Virus record (IMG/VR): IMGVR_UViG_3300035498_000263
Span: 1 to 64,000 of that record
Length of the DNA stretch: 64,000 nt
Strand: one strand, 5' to 3'
Source: a virus
Lineage: Duplodnaviria > Caudoviricetes
The translations under genes were made by a program, and so were the position numbers. Positions 50,126 to 60,781 of the stretch are shown piece by piece; positions within the stretch are counted from its first letter, which is position 1; every line of letters starts with the position of its first letter. The notes beneath the pieces were generated by a model, which saw only the letters and a list, made by a program, of their open reading frames with translations, ran no database searches and was not told the DNA's origin.

Positions 50126-51290
50126 AATATCTATATTTAAGATTTATATATTGAAATGTTTCTCTAACAAATTCTTCAATAACTTCAGCAGAATAATGTT
50201 CTTCTAATTCAGCAAAATCTTTTGCATTAAAATTATTAAGACCAAATTCACCTCTAGTTATAAAGATATAATTGATACCATAAGTTTCCTTTAAGTATCT
50301 TGCGCCTTTTCTACCTGTTGTATCGAAATCTAATAATGACAGAATAACACCATCAAGAGCCATTCTTTCATTAAGGTAATTATATTCTACATCTTTTAAG
50401 AGATAATTTTCACTTGGAAGATTAATAATTCCTATTTTAACTTTAAGACCTCCCCCGTAGAGAGGATGATTGAATAAATGATTTCCAATTGCCAATCTAT
50501 CTTTACTTGATTTAGTTATAAGAATTATATCATAATCAAATAATTCAAGATTAGGTAAACCTTCAAGACAATTACTATTAGTTATAAACTTCAATTCTTT
50601 ATGTCTATCACGAAGAGGAAAATAAAGTTTAATATTATTAATACCTTTATTTGTTGTACCTAAATAATAAGCATAACAAGGATCTTTATATGAATACTTA
50701 TATTTAGGTTCACTGTCAATACCTCTATTAATATAATATTGGTCTACAGGATAAACAAAATGAGTATTAAGATAATTAAGACTAATTCTCCACTTATTCC
50801 AAACTTTAGAATCTTCATTATTCCAACTTCTAGTAACTATATCTATAATAGGTTTAGCACTTCTTGTTTTAACAATGGCTTCATTTATCAAATTTTCTAC
50901 ATTAGGATCAACATCTTTTCCATCTATAATGTCACTAAAAGTATATGCTATATGTTTAAGTACAAAATAAAAATCTTTTTTATTATTTGTATCTATTGTA
51001 CGATTATAAATTATACTTAACACATAAGCAACAGTTCCATATACATCATCAAAGAAACCAAAACCGCCAAAATCACGTACTTTAAGTTTACCTTTATTGT
51101 TGTATTGAAAACCCATACTTTTATTTTCATCATTATCTCTAAAAACAGATTTAATTAGAACATTATGCTCAATACAATTTTTAATTACATCAATATCAAT
51201 ACCTAAGTAACGACTTAGAATCAGCTCTTGTGACACTTTACTTTCAATATAATCTTTAGTAAGTGAAGTTGTATTTGGATTTCTTTTCAT
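50106..51290 (-). CDS. dnaG: DNA primase (crAss-type, TOPRIM)
   Basis: KVRDFGG.GF.DD.Y, NIKLYFP, ILITKSSKD and LLDFDTTG (TOPRIM DxD). Confidence 0.8.
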   Translation of the reverse strand: MKRNPNTTSLTKDYIESKVSQELILSRYLGIDIDVIKNCIEHNVLIKSVFRDNDENKSMGFQYNNKGKLKVRDFGGFGFFDDVYGTVAYVLSIIYNRTIDTNNKKDFYFVLKHIAYTFSDIIDGKDVDPNVENLINEAIVKTRSAKPIIDIVTRSWNNEDSKVWNKWRISLNYLNTHFVYPVDQYYINRGIDSEPKYKYSYKDPCYAYYLGTTNKGINNIKLYFPLRDRHKELKFITNSNCLEGLPNLELFDYDIILITKSSKDRLAIGNHLFNHPLYGGGLKVKIGIINLPSENYLLKDVEYNYLNERMALDGVILSLLDFDTTGRKGARYLKETYGINYIFITRGEFGLNNFNAKDFAELEEHYSAEVIEEFVRETFQYINLKYRYYENVTF

Positions 51291-51310
51291 GATAGTATTA
51301 TTATATAAAA

Positions 51311-51351
51311 TATAGGTGATAACTATACTATGAATATAATTATCACCTATA
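51311..51351 (-). terminator. 12-bp hairpin terminator after the SSB gene
   Basis: tataggtgataa / ttatcacctata, with a T run following on the - strand. Confidence 0.65.
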
Positions 51352-51393
51352 CTTTAAAAATCCATAACTAAGTCTTTACTTATTATTAATACT

Positions 51394-52401
51394 TTAGAAT
51401 GGCATTTCCTCACCAGCAGCTTGGAAAGCACCATCACCAGCACCAAATGCAGGAGCAGTAAATGCGTTACCACTCGGAACACTTACAGAGCCAGGATAAC
51501 CTCCACCAATAGTAGCACCAGGAGCAGATACACCAGGAAGATTAGGCATCTTCTTAGTTTCTTTAGGAGTAATAGACTCCTTAATAACATTTACACGAAG
51601 AATCGACGGAGGATTGTTACCCTTAAGAACTTCAATAACACCTTCACCTACAGTTGCAGGGAAAGCAAGTTCACCCTTAGACTGACCACTACCAACTTCT
51701 GTCCAATCATTGTTACGATTCTTTACATAACGCAACAACTTCATGTAAACCGGAATACCATTACCCTTAGCATCAAGATATGCAGGCTTAGCAGTTCCAC
51801 CATCAGCAAGATTGAATGTGCCATTCATGATAGCTTCAACATTCTCAAACAGCTTCTTATAACCATTAATAATGTCTTCAATAGGAAGTGCAATAAACTC
51901 ATTATTCTCATCGAAATCTTCAAAGTCAAGAGTCAAAGCATCTTCCTCAACTTCAGTCATAGGACGATTCTTGAAAACATAAATAGAAAGAATGTGCTTA
52001 ATCCATGCAAAGAGAGCATTAACACGCCACTCTGATGTACCACCGGGAATAGTATCAACATTAGATTCAATAGGCATGAAATCCTTATAAACATGACGAC
52101 GTTCATCAGGATTAGTATGATTACTAGTGAAATGGAAGTTAAGACGCGGAATAGCGTTACCTGCAAAAGCACTATTAACTCCATCACGGAAAGTAACCCA
52201 TGTAAGCTTTACTTCTTCAAGATGACCAACAAACAAACCATTAGCAGTTGCATCCTTTTCAGTAAATTTAAGCTGACTTACTGATTTAGTTTCATTCGTA
52301 ATACCTCTACGATTCTTCTTAGCTACACTAGGAGTAGATACTTTTGCTTCATTAGCTGTTTCATTTGCATTAACTACACCAGGATTAATTGTAATGTCCA
52401 T
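51394..52401 (-). CDS. ssb: Putative single-stranded DNA-binding protein (crAss-type)
   Basis: KKNRRGITNET, PIESNVDTIPGG and WIKHIL match the recalled crAss SSB; Gly/Pro-rich tail ending EEMPF. Confidence 0.65.
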   Translation of the reverse strand: MDITINPGVVNANETANEAKVSTPSVAKKNRRGITNETKSVSQLKFTEKDATANGLFVGHLEEVKLTWVTFRDGVNSAFAGNAIPRLNFHFTSNHTNPDERRHVYKDFMPIESNVDTIPGGTSEWRVNALFAWIKHILSIYVFKNRPMTEVEEDALTLDFEDFDENNEFIALPIEDIINGYKKLFENVEAIMNGTFNLADGGTAKPAYLDAKGNGIPVYMKLLRYVKNRNNDWTEVGSGQSKGELAFPATVGEGVIEVLKGNNPPSILRVNVIKESITPKETKKMPNLPGVSAPGATIGGGYPGSVSVPSGNAFTAPAFGAGDGAFQAAGEEMPF

Positions 52402-52434
52402 AAAATTATAAGTTTTAAAATTGTTAGATATAAA

Positions 52435-52477
52435 AAGGTGATAACAGACTATTTAACAATACATCTGTTATCACCTT
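52435..52477 (-). terminator. 14-bp hairpin terminator
   Basis: aaggtgataacaga / tctgttatcacctt, with a T run following on the - strand. Confidence 0.65.
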
Positions 52478-52506
52478 AAATAATGAAATCAAAAAGATTA
52501 GTTTAA

Positions 52507-53295
52507 TTACTTCTCACCGCGTGAGGCATCCTTATCTTCAGCGAAGTTGATAGGATATGCTACAATAGTAACATCCTTAACACCGTCAAAGTAATCATCA
52601 ACAGTAACAGGAGATTCAACATCAACATCGAATACACGAGCATACTTCTTCTTCTCGTTCAAATCTGCCTTCAACTGATTCCAAACATTAGAGTCAGAGA
52701 AGTTAAGAGTAACACCTACACCAGAAAGACCAGCAGTAGAAGTCAAACGGCTACCACTAAACTTATCAACTTCAGGAGAAGAAACCATTTCCGGAGTAAT
52801 AGCAGCAATAAGTTCCTCGTCAGTTGCGTTAGGATTACCAACAGCTTCAATCAAAGCATCACGATTAGCTTCAAGCAAAGCCTCTGCATTCTCCTTAATA
52901 AGAGCCTTCTTAGCCTCTTCAGTAAAACGAAGAGTAGTCTTCTTAGGCTCACCATTAGACTTAAACTCCTGCACACCCTTAGCGATGTACCACTGGCTGA
53001 ACTCCTTAATAAGCTGTTCCTGTACGGCAACGTCATTAATATCAAGACCCTGCTCTTCACACAAAGCAACAATTTCCTCACTCTTGCTTTCAACTGCCTC
53101 ACGAACACGGTCAATATTGTTAAGGAACATAATGCAATCACCTGCCTTAACACCCAGCTTACGACTAACAGCAGCCGTTACAGAGAAACGACCTTCAGTA
53201 GAATTAACAACAAGCTGAGGAGCAGCATTAACAACAGTAGACTTCTGACCAGCAACAACAGCAGAAAGACCGAAAGAAATTTTACCTGATTTCAT
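52507..53295 (-). CDS. Conserved crAss protein of unknown function, probably highly expressed
   Basis: SFGLSAV..G.KS.VVNA.PQL, WYIAKGV and NFSDSNVWNQLKAD are recalled from crAss-like phages; strong optimal-codon bias. Confidence 0.75.
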   Translation of the reverse strand: MKSGKISFGLSAVVAGQKSTVVNAAPQLVVNSTEGRFSVTAAVSRKLGVKAGDCIMFLNNIDRVREAVESKSEEIVALCEEQGLDINDVAVQEQLIKEFSQWYIAKGVQEFKSNGEPKKTTLRFTEEAKKALIKENAEALLEANRDALIEAVGNPNATDEELIAAITPEMVSSPEVDKFSGSRLTSTAGLSGVGVTLNFSDSNVWNQLKADLNEKKKYARVFDVDVESPVTVDDYFDGVKDVTIVAYPINFAEDKDASRGEK

Positions 53296-53373
53296 AATAG
53301 TAAGAATTTAAATTGTGAATAAATTAGTTTATTATTCTTTATAACCAACTTGGTTACTAGAAATTTTAATTGT

Positions 53374-54309
53374 TTAAGCCTCTATTGTATCAATATCAAC
53401 AACATCTTTATCAGACAGAGGCATATTGTTGATAAGTTTTAATTCAGAAGTTTCGCAACAACCCATTAGAGCGTCAGATGCAATATCTCTAGCTCCATAA
53501 GTAAATGCTCTAATACCAATCATCACTCTTGGATACTTTTTATAAGTATCTTTAGTAAACATATCAGCTTGTAGAGCTTCTGAATAAGAGAATCGGCTAG
53601 TAGCAGTAGTAATTACTTCTTTACCATTTATCATACGATAACGAGTAAATTCATACTCGGTAACATAATCAATAGGTTGAGCAGCAATACGATACACAGG
53701 TATCTTACCACTATCAGCAATTTGCTTAGCTTGAACTTGATTTATAGCAATAGCAAATTTACCATTGAGTTGATAATCTTTATAAATATTGCCACTAAAG
53801 TCAGAATAATACTTTACAGGATAAACTCCAACAGAATCACTATCATCATTAGTTTTAGCTTCTGCTTCAGTTTTATTCCGACATTTAATACAATATTCAG
53901 GAAGTTTATCTTCACAATAAATATTAATGCTGTCTGTATATTCATACAGAGGTGTATAATCTTTAGTGCATTTCCAAGTTACACCTGCCCTCAGCAATAA
54001 TGTTTTAATGATATGAACATCAACACCAGTCTTACCATTAATAATATGTATATGTTCAATACAATTACTAAAAGGTAAATCTAAATCTTTAGCACGCATC
54101 ATAATAGCTAAACCTTCATTAACAGATTTAATACCACCTTTATCAGTAGCAATAATTCTTTTAAGAAAGTTTTCAGCTTTTAGAATTTCTTCTTCACTAA
54201 ATATACTTAGACCATTTAGATTAGAATCAACATTCATTTGTTTACTAGGCGCAGTAACTAATGCACTAACATTACTATCACCTTTAACAACTTCATCTTC
54301 TTGTTTCAT
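53374..54309 (-). CDS. recT: RecT-like single-strand annealing protein
   Basis: EHIHIINGKTGVDVHIIK, FSYSEAL.A..F.KDTYKKYPR.MI..RA.T..ARDI. Confidence 0.7.
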   Translation of the reverse strand: MKQEDEVVKGDSNVSALVTAPSKQMNVDSNLNGLSIFSEEEILKAENFLKRIIATDKGGIKSVNEGLAIMMRAKDLDLPFSNCIEHIHIINGKTGVDVHIIKTLLLRAGVTWKCTKDYTPLYEYTDSINIYCEDKLPEYCIKCRNKTEAEAKTNDDSDSVGVYPVKYYSDFSGNIYKDYQLNGKFAIAINQVQAKQIADSGKIPVYRIAAQPIDYVTEYEFTRYRMINGKEVITTATSRFSYSEALQADMFTKDTYKKYPRVMIGIRAFTYGARDIASDALMGCCETSELKLINNMPLSDKDVVDIDTIEA

Positions 54310-54343
54310 TATTTCAAAGAGCGTTTTGTTTTGATTACCATTG

Positions 54344-54374
54344 CAAATATACTAAGTTTTTCAATAATCACAAA
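54344..54374 (-). promoter_or_regulatory. Bacteroidota sigmaA-type promoter for recT, overlapping the end of the upstream gene
   Basis: On the - strand: TTTG (54374-54371), 19 nt, TATATTTG (54351-54344). Confidence 0.7.
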
Positions 54375-55764
54375 TAATAGACCCATTATTTTCGCTTACT
54401 TCTGACAAATATTTATCGTCTACAATAATGTTAAAATTGTTTGGTATTTGTTCTTCACTAAGACGTTTATACTCAAAAGTAGCTTTACAATATAGTCTAT
54501 AAACAATATTAGGATTACTAACAAACTTGATTTTTGATAGTCGATACTTATACTCATTGACTGAATCACAAAGCGGAGAAGTGATTATTAAAACGTCGAT
54601 AGAGGCTTCTAATTCTTTGTTAGGCGCACTCGAACACGAGAGTAAATGAATTGTTCCATTCCGGAATAATCGTTCGTTAGCGTGCGATTGTGCGACCGTT
54701 CCAAGCATCTTCGGTTTTCCTCTATTTTCGCCAGACTTAATAACCATAGGCTCACCTTGTTCATCAACAGCTTGTATAGGTTCTAACTTATCATGAGAAC
54801 AAGCAGCATATACCACACCAAGATTAGTATTAACATATTCACAAACAGCATTTGCAAAATCAGCATTTTGACTAATTACAAGTATCTGTTTATTAATATG
54901 TTTTTGTACTATACTTAGTATTTCATCCAACTTACAAGAATTACCACTTATAAGTTCTCTACGTTTACGAATTACATCATAAGTTATTTTTCCTCTGTCA
55001 TGTAAATTATTAGGATTAAAGATTGAATCAATTTGTGTATTAAATGGAATAGTCATATCCAAATCAGCACTCCAACCATTATTAGCTGCAATTTGACTAC
55101 ATATAGCAATAGATGATGTATTATTTTCTTTATCACCAAATATAGCTTTATTCATATAATCTATTGAACCAAATATAGAAATACTTTGTTGAATATATTC
55201 ATCATATTCATTCATTAACTTTGCTTCATCAGGATTTGTAACAATGCAAGCAACTCTTGTTTCTTCTACGGGGGAAGCCAAGCTAATCTCTACAAGTTCT
55301 GAATTATCATAACCTTGTATTTTAGGATAAATAGGATAAATACTAAAAGTATCTTTTGGAGTATCGGTAAAACAAGCTAATCTAAACTTAGCTCTATAAC
55401 CGAGAGATGCCATACACAAGTCATATTGATTAACTGCATAAAATACAACTAAATCAAAACTTCTTGTTACAACATTACGAGCATATTCAGTAGTTAAAAC
55501 TTTAAGACATTTATTTTCAAAAGCACGATGAATAGCTTCATTGTCAGTATGATGATTAAGATAACGAGTAATATCACTCTTATTCTCAATACAATCAGTA
55601 ACAACAATCATATTAGCTTTATCATTCTTAGAATATATACGTCTAATAATTTCAAATATAATATGCTTTACATCTAAAGGTTGAGGCAAATATATACTAC
55701 CTATACCTTTATTATCACGCCATTTTAAAATTGTCGATTCATAAATCTTATCTGCATTAAACAT
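54361..55764 (-). CDS. SF2/SNF2-like helicase homolog, degenerate
   Basis: Matches the recalled crAss helicase-like gene next to PolB (KW..NKG.GS, NGWSA..DMT, LDEILSIV....KQILVIS). No clear Walker A or DExH motif. Confidence 0.55.
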   Translation of the reverse strand: MFNADKIYESTILKWRDNKGIGSIYLPQPLDVKHIIFEIIRRIYSKNDKANMIVVTDCIENKSDITRYLNHHTDNEAIHRAFENKCLKVLTTEYARNVVTRSFDLVVFYAVNQYDLCMASLGYRAKFRLACFTDTPKDTFSIYPIYPKIQGYDNSELVEISLASPVEETRVACIVTNPDEAKLMNEYDEYIQQSISIFGSIDYMNKAIFGDKENNTSSIAICSQIAANNGWSADLDMTIPFNTQIDSIFNPNNLHDRGKITYDVIRKRRELISGNSCKLDEILSIVQKHINKQILVISQNADFANAVCEYVNTNLGVVYAACSHDKLEPIQAVDEQGEPMVIKSGENRGKPKMLGTVAQSHANERLFRNGTIHLLSCSSAPNKELEASIDVLIITSPLCDSVNEYKYRLSKIKFVSNPNIVYRLYCKATFEYKRLSEEQIPNNFNIIVDDKYLSEVSENNGSIICDY

Positions 55765-58023
55765 TTATTCTTCTAAATCAAACAAATTATTATACATACC
55801 ACCAAACTTTTTAATTTTAGATTTACCTTTACCTTTCGGAGTTATACCAAGCATAATAGGATTAATGATTTTCATACACTCATTATAGTAATATTTATAA
55901 TCAATATTTCTACTACTTATTGGGTCATCTGTTAAAGTATTAATAGGTCTAACTAAAACTCCAGCAGCAAGTCTACTTCTTGCTCCAGCAGGACTAACTT
56001 TATTTAATACACCACCATGTAAACTAACATAAAATCTTGTATTACGTTGATAATTAGTTGCAACTTGTTCACCATTAACAATTCTAATGTATTCTAGTGT
56101 AAAATTACGACCAACATTTTGTGTTTTACAAAAATCTAATATATCAGTACATTTAGTTAATGTTTCCATAACAGGAACATCATTAATAAAGTATTCTGCT
56201 ACAGCACGAGCTACAATAGGCATATCATAACCTTTTTGAAGATTATTAATATACATATTTGGATCTAATGCTCCCTTATATTCAATAGAACCATCAAGTT
56301 GAACATCAAGATAATTATTAATATCTCTACTAACAATCATACTATAATCTTCACCATCAGCTCCCATTTTATTAAACTCATTCCATCTTGTTGTAATTTC
56401 ATCAAACAAATCTCTTTTGTCATTAGGAATTTTAACAACAATACCATCTGTATTAGCACTTACAACGTGCATACCATTAAGTTCAAGTTCTTCAACTAAA
56501 GTCATAGTCATAAGTTGACCATTAATTGTAACTTTCATTTGAGCTAATCTATCATAGAGAAAATAAGTATCACTACCCAATTTTCCATATATAGCATTAA
56601 TTACAATCTTTAGCACTTCTGCAACAACTTTATTTGGAATACCTTTAACAACTTCTACATCACCGCCATGTTTAGCAGCAACACGAGTTTCTTTAAGATA
56701 TTTAACCAACTTAACAAATACAGCTTCGTTTAAATGTTTAGGAGCAATTTTATAGGAGATTATAATACTAGGATAATAAGAAGTATAATCATGATGTCTA
56801 TAAGTATATTCATCAGTGCTTCTTAATATTCTAGGAGGGTCTTGACTATGTATTCCACCTGTAGCTATTGTATATGTAGTTCCATAAAAAGTAATTTCAC
56901 GACTAAACGCATCTTTATTAGTTCTAGTAATAGTTATAGTCTTCATCTCTTCAAGAAGGTCTTGAAGTTGTTTAGTTTTAAACTTAATATGAGGAAATAT
57001 AATCTTATTAAAACTAAGTTTAGTACGTTCAGTTCTAAGTTTAATAAAGTTATTTACAGGTAAACCTGACATTTCACTATAAAACTTAGTAACTAATTTA
57101 TCAGCAATATTGCTTCTTGCAGAACTAAGAACATCTATATGATAAGCAGAACTAATACTATAACGTAATCTAATTTCATCTATTTTCTGTCTTACAGCTT
57201 CACAAACAATAAATACATCATTCTTATTATAATGTAACATCGGAGCAACATACTCTTCAATTATATATCTATCAAATGGACGTATCAGTTTAGTAAGCTC
57301 TTCATTAGTCATAGACTTATATGTAGGACTACTATAGTAATGTCTATCTTTATCACATATATCAGGCAATTCAAATTCAAGCAATTCATACCATTGAAGA
57401 TTAATGGAAGTTTGTTTAAGACTTTTAGGATAAGCTTTACGCTCACCGGTATCTTTATCAACATTTACTCCAGCTTTATTTAGAGCAAATACTTTCATTA
57501 TATCAACACTAGCATAAGGTAACTTATAATTTTTATAACCAATAAGTTCATGATTTTCATAGAAACTATCATCAGATTGTGATTTAATAATTTCTTGACT
57601 TGTTTCATAAAGTTTTCTAATCAAATCTTTAGTTTTATCAAATTGGTCAAAATACATCATAAAACAAGCTATCATAAGATTATCATAACCTATTATGTTA
57701 TATCCATACAAATCATATCTTACAGGAACTTGATTACCATCAATAGAAGTTTCAAATTTAGCACTCATTCCGCTAATAAACTCAACAATATCCATTAATT
57801 GTGCATCATCGAAATCTGTAATAACAAATTGCTTACATTCAACAGTATCAAGAATAGCTTTAATTTCACTAACTTTATACTTTTTTGTTAGTGCTATAAC
57901 TTTCTTTTTACCGTTTACTTCAGTTTCACATTTGCACTTTTGTAGATAATCGTTAAGATTAACAAAAGTAATACTAAATAAATTAGGCAAAACTTCAACA
58001 TCAAATGCCCAACTTTTAATCAT
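55765..58023 (-). CDS. polB: DNA polymerase family B
   Basis: AFDVEV (ExoI), GYNIIGYD (ExoII), YNKND (ExoIII), DYTSYYPS, KIVINAIYGK and SANTDG. Confidence 0.93.
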   Translation of the reverse strand: MIKSWAFDVEVLPNLFSITFVNLNDYLQKCKCETEVNGKKKVIALTKKYKVSEIKAILDTVECKQFVITDFDDAQLMDIVEFISGMSAKFETSIDGNQVPVRYDLYGYNIIGYDNLMIACFMMYFDQFDKTKDLIRKLYETSQEIIKSQSDDSFYENHELIGYKNYKLPYASVDIMKVFALNKAGVNVDKDTGERKAYPKSLKQTSINLQWYELLEFELPDICDKDRHYYSSPTYKSMTNEELTKLIRPFDRYIIEEYVAPMLHYNKNDVFIVCEAVRQKIDEIRLRYSISSAYHIDVLSSARSNIADKLVTKFYSEMSGLPVNNFIKLRTERTKLSFNKIIFPHIKFKTKQLQDLLEEMKTITITRTNKDAFSREITFYGTTYTIATGGIHSQDPPRILRSTDEYTYRHHDYTSYYPSIIISYKIAPKHLNEAVFVKLVKYLKETRVAAKHGGDVEVVKGIPNKVVAEVLKIVINAIYGKLGSDTYFLYDRLAQMKVTINGQLMTMTLVEELELNGMHVVSANTDGIVVKIPNDKRDLFDEITTRWNEFNKMGADGEDYSMIVSRDINNYLDVQLDGSIEYKGALDPNMYINNLQKGYDMPIVARAVAEYFINDVPVMETLTKCTDILDFCKTQNVGRNFTLEYIRIVNGEQVATNYQRNTRFYVSLHGGVLNKVSPAGARSRLAAGVLVRPINTLTDDPISSRNIDYKYYYNECMKIINPIMLGITPKGKGKSKIKKFGGMYNNLFDLEE

Positions 58024-58577
58024 ATCCGTACAACATTATATTCATTTGTATTATTTTTTGTTAGATTTAGCCATTTACTATAATACTCATCAAAAACTTT
58101 TGACTTATTAGCATCATAAAGTTTAACAGAAGGAGAATAGTTAGAACAAAACATTATACCATTACCGGAAAAATATGCATCATTAATGTCAACACTTCTT
58201 CCTAATAATCTATTACCAACATTACCTAACATAAGTATTCTCTTAATACCATAATTGACAACTTCATAATTAAGATATTTAGAACATCTTAAAAGTATGT
58301 TGTTGTCAATTATAAGTTCACGAGATTCTTTACATTTAATAAGTGTAGTAATATAATATCTGTCTAACAAGTCTTCCCCCGTAGAGAGAAAGTGAATATC
58401 CTTCAACATTTTGTATAGTCCATTGTAACTCAAATCTTGAGCTTTATAAGTAGATTTATCAATATAAGGAAGAATAATCATATTTCCATATAAAGCATTA
58501 CCTATACCTTTGATATTATGTCCTAAATCATTATATAACCTAAGTACACAATTTTCACAATAAGGTTTATACTCCAT
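58020..58577 (-). CDS. Uracil-DNA glycosylase-like protein (family 4-like, divergent)
   Basis: CENC, GIGN, YITTLIKC, RC..YL..EV, ILMLG and NYSP; same position as in crAss-like phages. Confidence 0.6.
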   Translation of the reverse strand: MEYKPYCENCVLRLYNDLGHNIKGIGNALYGNMIILPYIDKSTYKAQDLSYNGLYKMLKDIHFLSTGEDLLDRYYITTLIKCKESRELIIDNNILLRCSKYLNYEVVNYGIKRILMLGNVGNRLLGRSVDINDAYFSGNGIMFCSNYSPSVKLYDANKSKVFDEYYSKWLNLTKNNTNEYNVVRI

Positions 58578-60048
58578 ATTTCAAATAAAGTTTGTCTTTG
58601 GCTCGACTACAAGCAACATATAACAATCTGTTAATAAATTCACAATTAGGTCTAACACGACCAAATGAATCAAAAACAATATCATTAACATCAACTAATA
58701 CATTTTTAAATGTACTTCCTTGAGCTTTATGTGCAGTATATGCAAAGCCATAATCCAAATCTCTAGTGAAACGAATGGTTTTACCATCACCATCTTTAAT
58801 GTTTACAAGCAATAAACAAGTGTTCTTAAATTCAAAGTATTCTTTCCATGCTTTAGCACGATAATTTGAAGGTGCTCTTTTAGCAGCAGCAACAAGTTCG
58901 TTAGCAATTTTACAATACATTTGAATACTAAAAGCATTGTTATGATCAACTATAAATAATGGAGTAGTAGTTTTACCACCATAAATAGCAGTAAATCTAA
59001 CCATATAACCTTTTAATTCATATTTAGGATGAACATAATTTACAACATCATGTAAAATATACTCTTCACTATTACGAATAATAGGTTCGTTAAAATCATT
59101 TACTAAAGTAACATAACTAGTTATTAAATCATTTTTAGTAATAATTGATTTTGCAGAATCTTTTATAATATTATTTCTAATAAAATTATTCCACGCTGCA
59201 ACACAATCATTAGTAAAACTAATTATATGAACTAAATCTACATTCTTAGTAAACTCTTCATCATTAAATAGTTGATATGCTTTTGCATCAAATTCTTTAG
59301 GATTTAAAACTTCATATCCTTTAGAACCATCACTATTAAATTCGGCTTTATTTTTAGAAATATATTCAAGAAACTTAAATGTTTTATTCTTAATATCTTT
59401 TCTTAATAGTTCAAGAAGAGGACTAATTGGATTATCTTCACCTTGACGAACTATTTCAGTAAGTGTACTAGTTTTAATAGCTTTAAAAGCACTTGAATAT
59501 GTTTCTTTTACAGGAGGTAGCTGACTTGCATCACCAAGATAAATAAGTTTAGTATGTGTTCTTTTACAAATCTTTTCAAGAAATGTACACAAACCTTTAT
59601 TTATCATAGATGATTCATCAACTATGTAAACAACATAACCATCAATCTTTACATGACCTTTAGGATCAAAAGGAGGATTATTAATATCAAAATCTTCAAT
59701 ATTAAAATTCAATCTAAGACCTAAATCAGACTGTAAAGTATTAACTTTTATATTGCTTAGATTAATACTTTCTTGTAATACACGACAAGCTTTATGAGTA
59801 GGAGCAGAAACACCTATTGTACTATGGCTATGTTTACAATTTTGTATCAAGGCTCTAACAAGAAATGTTTTACCTGTACCAGCAGGTCCAACTAAAGCAC
59901 GTTTAAAATCATTTTCATCAAACTTATTATTCATAAATTCAATAAGACTTTTATATGCTTCTTCTTGTCCTTTCGTAAAATTCGTTGTAGTTTGATGTTC
60001 TTTATTATTGGGTTTATTAAGACCACTAACTTTAACTATATCACTCAT
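58567..60048 (-). CDS. Dda/RecD-like SF1B helicase
   Basis: GPAGTGKT, APTHKA, IVDESSMI, GDASQLPPV, LTEIVRQ, YTAHKAQGST and LYVACSRAK. Confidence 0.9.
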   Translation of the reverse strand: MSDIVKVSGLNKPNNKEHQTTTNFTKGQEEAYKSLIEFMNNKFDENDFKRALVGPAGTGKTFLVRALIQNCKHSHSTIGVSAPTHKACRVLQESINLSNIKVNTLQSDLGLRLNFNIEDFDINNPPFDPKGHVKIDGYVVYIVDESSMINKGLCTFLEKICKRTHTKLIYLGDASQLPPVKETYSSAFKAIKTSTLTEIVRQGEDNPISPLLELLRKDIKNKTFKFLEYISKNKAEFNSDGSKGYEVLNPKEFDAKAYQLFNDEEFTKNVDLVHIISFTNDCVAAWNNFIRNNIIKDSAKSIITKNDLITSYVTLVNDFNEPIIRNSEEYILHDVVNYVHPKYELKGYMVRFTAIYGGKTTTPLFIVDHNNAFSIQMYCKIANELVAAAKRAPSNYRAKAWKEYFEFKNTCLLLVNIKDGDGKTIRFTRDLDYGFAYTAHKAQGSTFKNVLVDVNDIVFDSFGRVRPNCEFINRLLYVACSRAKDKLYLKYGV

Positions 60049-60433
60049 ATTTCTTTAATATTTCATTATAAATACTTAAAGTTTCAAGACCGTCAATAGA
60101 CTCAATTCTAAAGAATAGATTATCATTATAAGAAACAATTTTACCATTAACTTTAACACGTTCAACAAATGGTATATACATACCAGGCATTTCACATCTA
60201 TGTTCAACAGGTCTAATTATTCTATAATGTTGTCCATTAAACTTGTCTTTGGAATAGATAATAGCTTTACCTTTACAACTAAAAGATTCAGGTGCAATAT
60301 TATATAATTTTTTATTGCAATAAACCTTAAATTGATTAGTATTAACTATCACTACTCCAAAGACACCATCTTCTACTACAACTTTAACTTTAGGTTTAGC
60401 TTGTTTAAGCTTAAAATTAAAGTGTATGTTCAT
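60041..60433 (-). CDS. Hypothetical protein
   Basis: 130 aa, overlapping the helicase start. Confidence 0.7.
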   Translation of the reverse strand: MNIHFNFKLKQAKPKVKVVVEDGVFGVVIVNTNQFKVYCNKKLYNIAPESFSCKGKAIIYSKDKFNGQHYRIIRPVEHRCEMPGMYIPFVERVKVNGKIVSYNDNLFFRIESIDGLETLSIYNEILKKYE

Positions 60434-60439
60434 AGAGGA

Positions 60440-60718
60440 TTATTTCTTTTTGTTCTTCAACTTATGTTCTTCTACGGGGGAAGCGTGTTTAGTTTTAGCA
60501 CTATCCCTAAAAGATACATTAGCAGCACCTACAATAGCGTCTTTAGAACGAATCCAACGCCATCCACAATAGTTACAAAGGAAATCAATTTTACCCCATG
60601 TACCATTACCAACAAGACCACTTTCAGTATTGACTTTAATAAGATGTTCTGCAAAATCAATAACTACTTTCTTACTAAGTGCTGCGAGAACTCGCACTTC
60701 ATCATAATGTTTTTTCAT
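60440..60718 (-). CDS. Hypothetical protein
   Basis: 92 aa containing GNGTWGKIDFLCNYCGW. Confidence 0.7.
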   Translation of the reverse strand: MKKHYDEVRVLAALSKKVVIDFAEHLIKVNTESGLVGNGTWGKIDFLCNYCGWRWIRSKDAIVGAANVSFRDSAKTKHASPVEEHKLKNKKK

Positions 60719-60781
60719 TACTTTACGTGTTTTAAATTTATTATTTATTTGTTTATTTATAGTACCATTATTGGCACTAGT

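Noticed and set aside
26461-58023. Inteins or group I introns in vRNAP, primase or PolB, which are common in Crassvirales
   Set aside because: The genes are continuous, catalytic motifs are normally spaced, and no LAGLIDADG/HNH or intein end motifs were noticed. A small divergent insert in the vRNAP cannot be excluded by eye.
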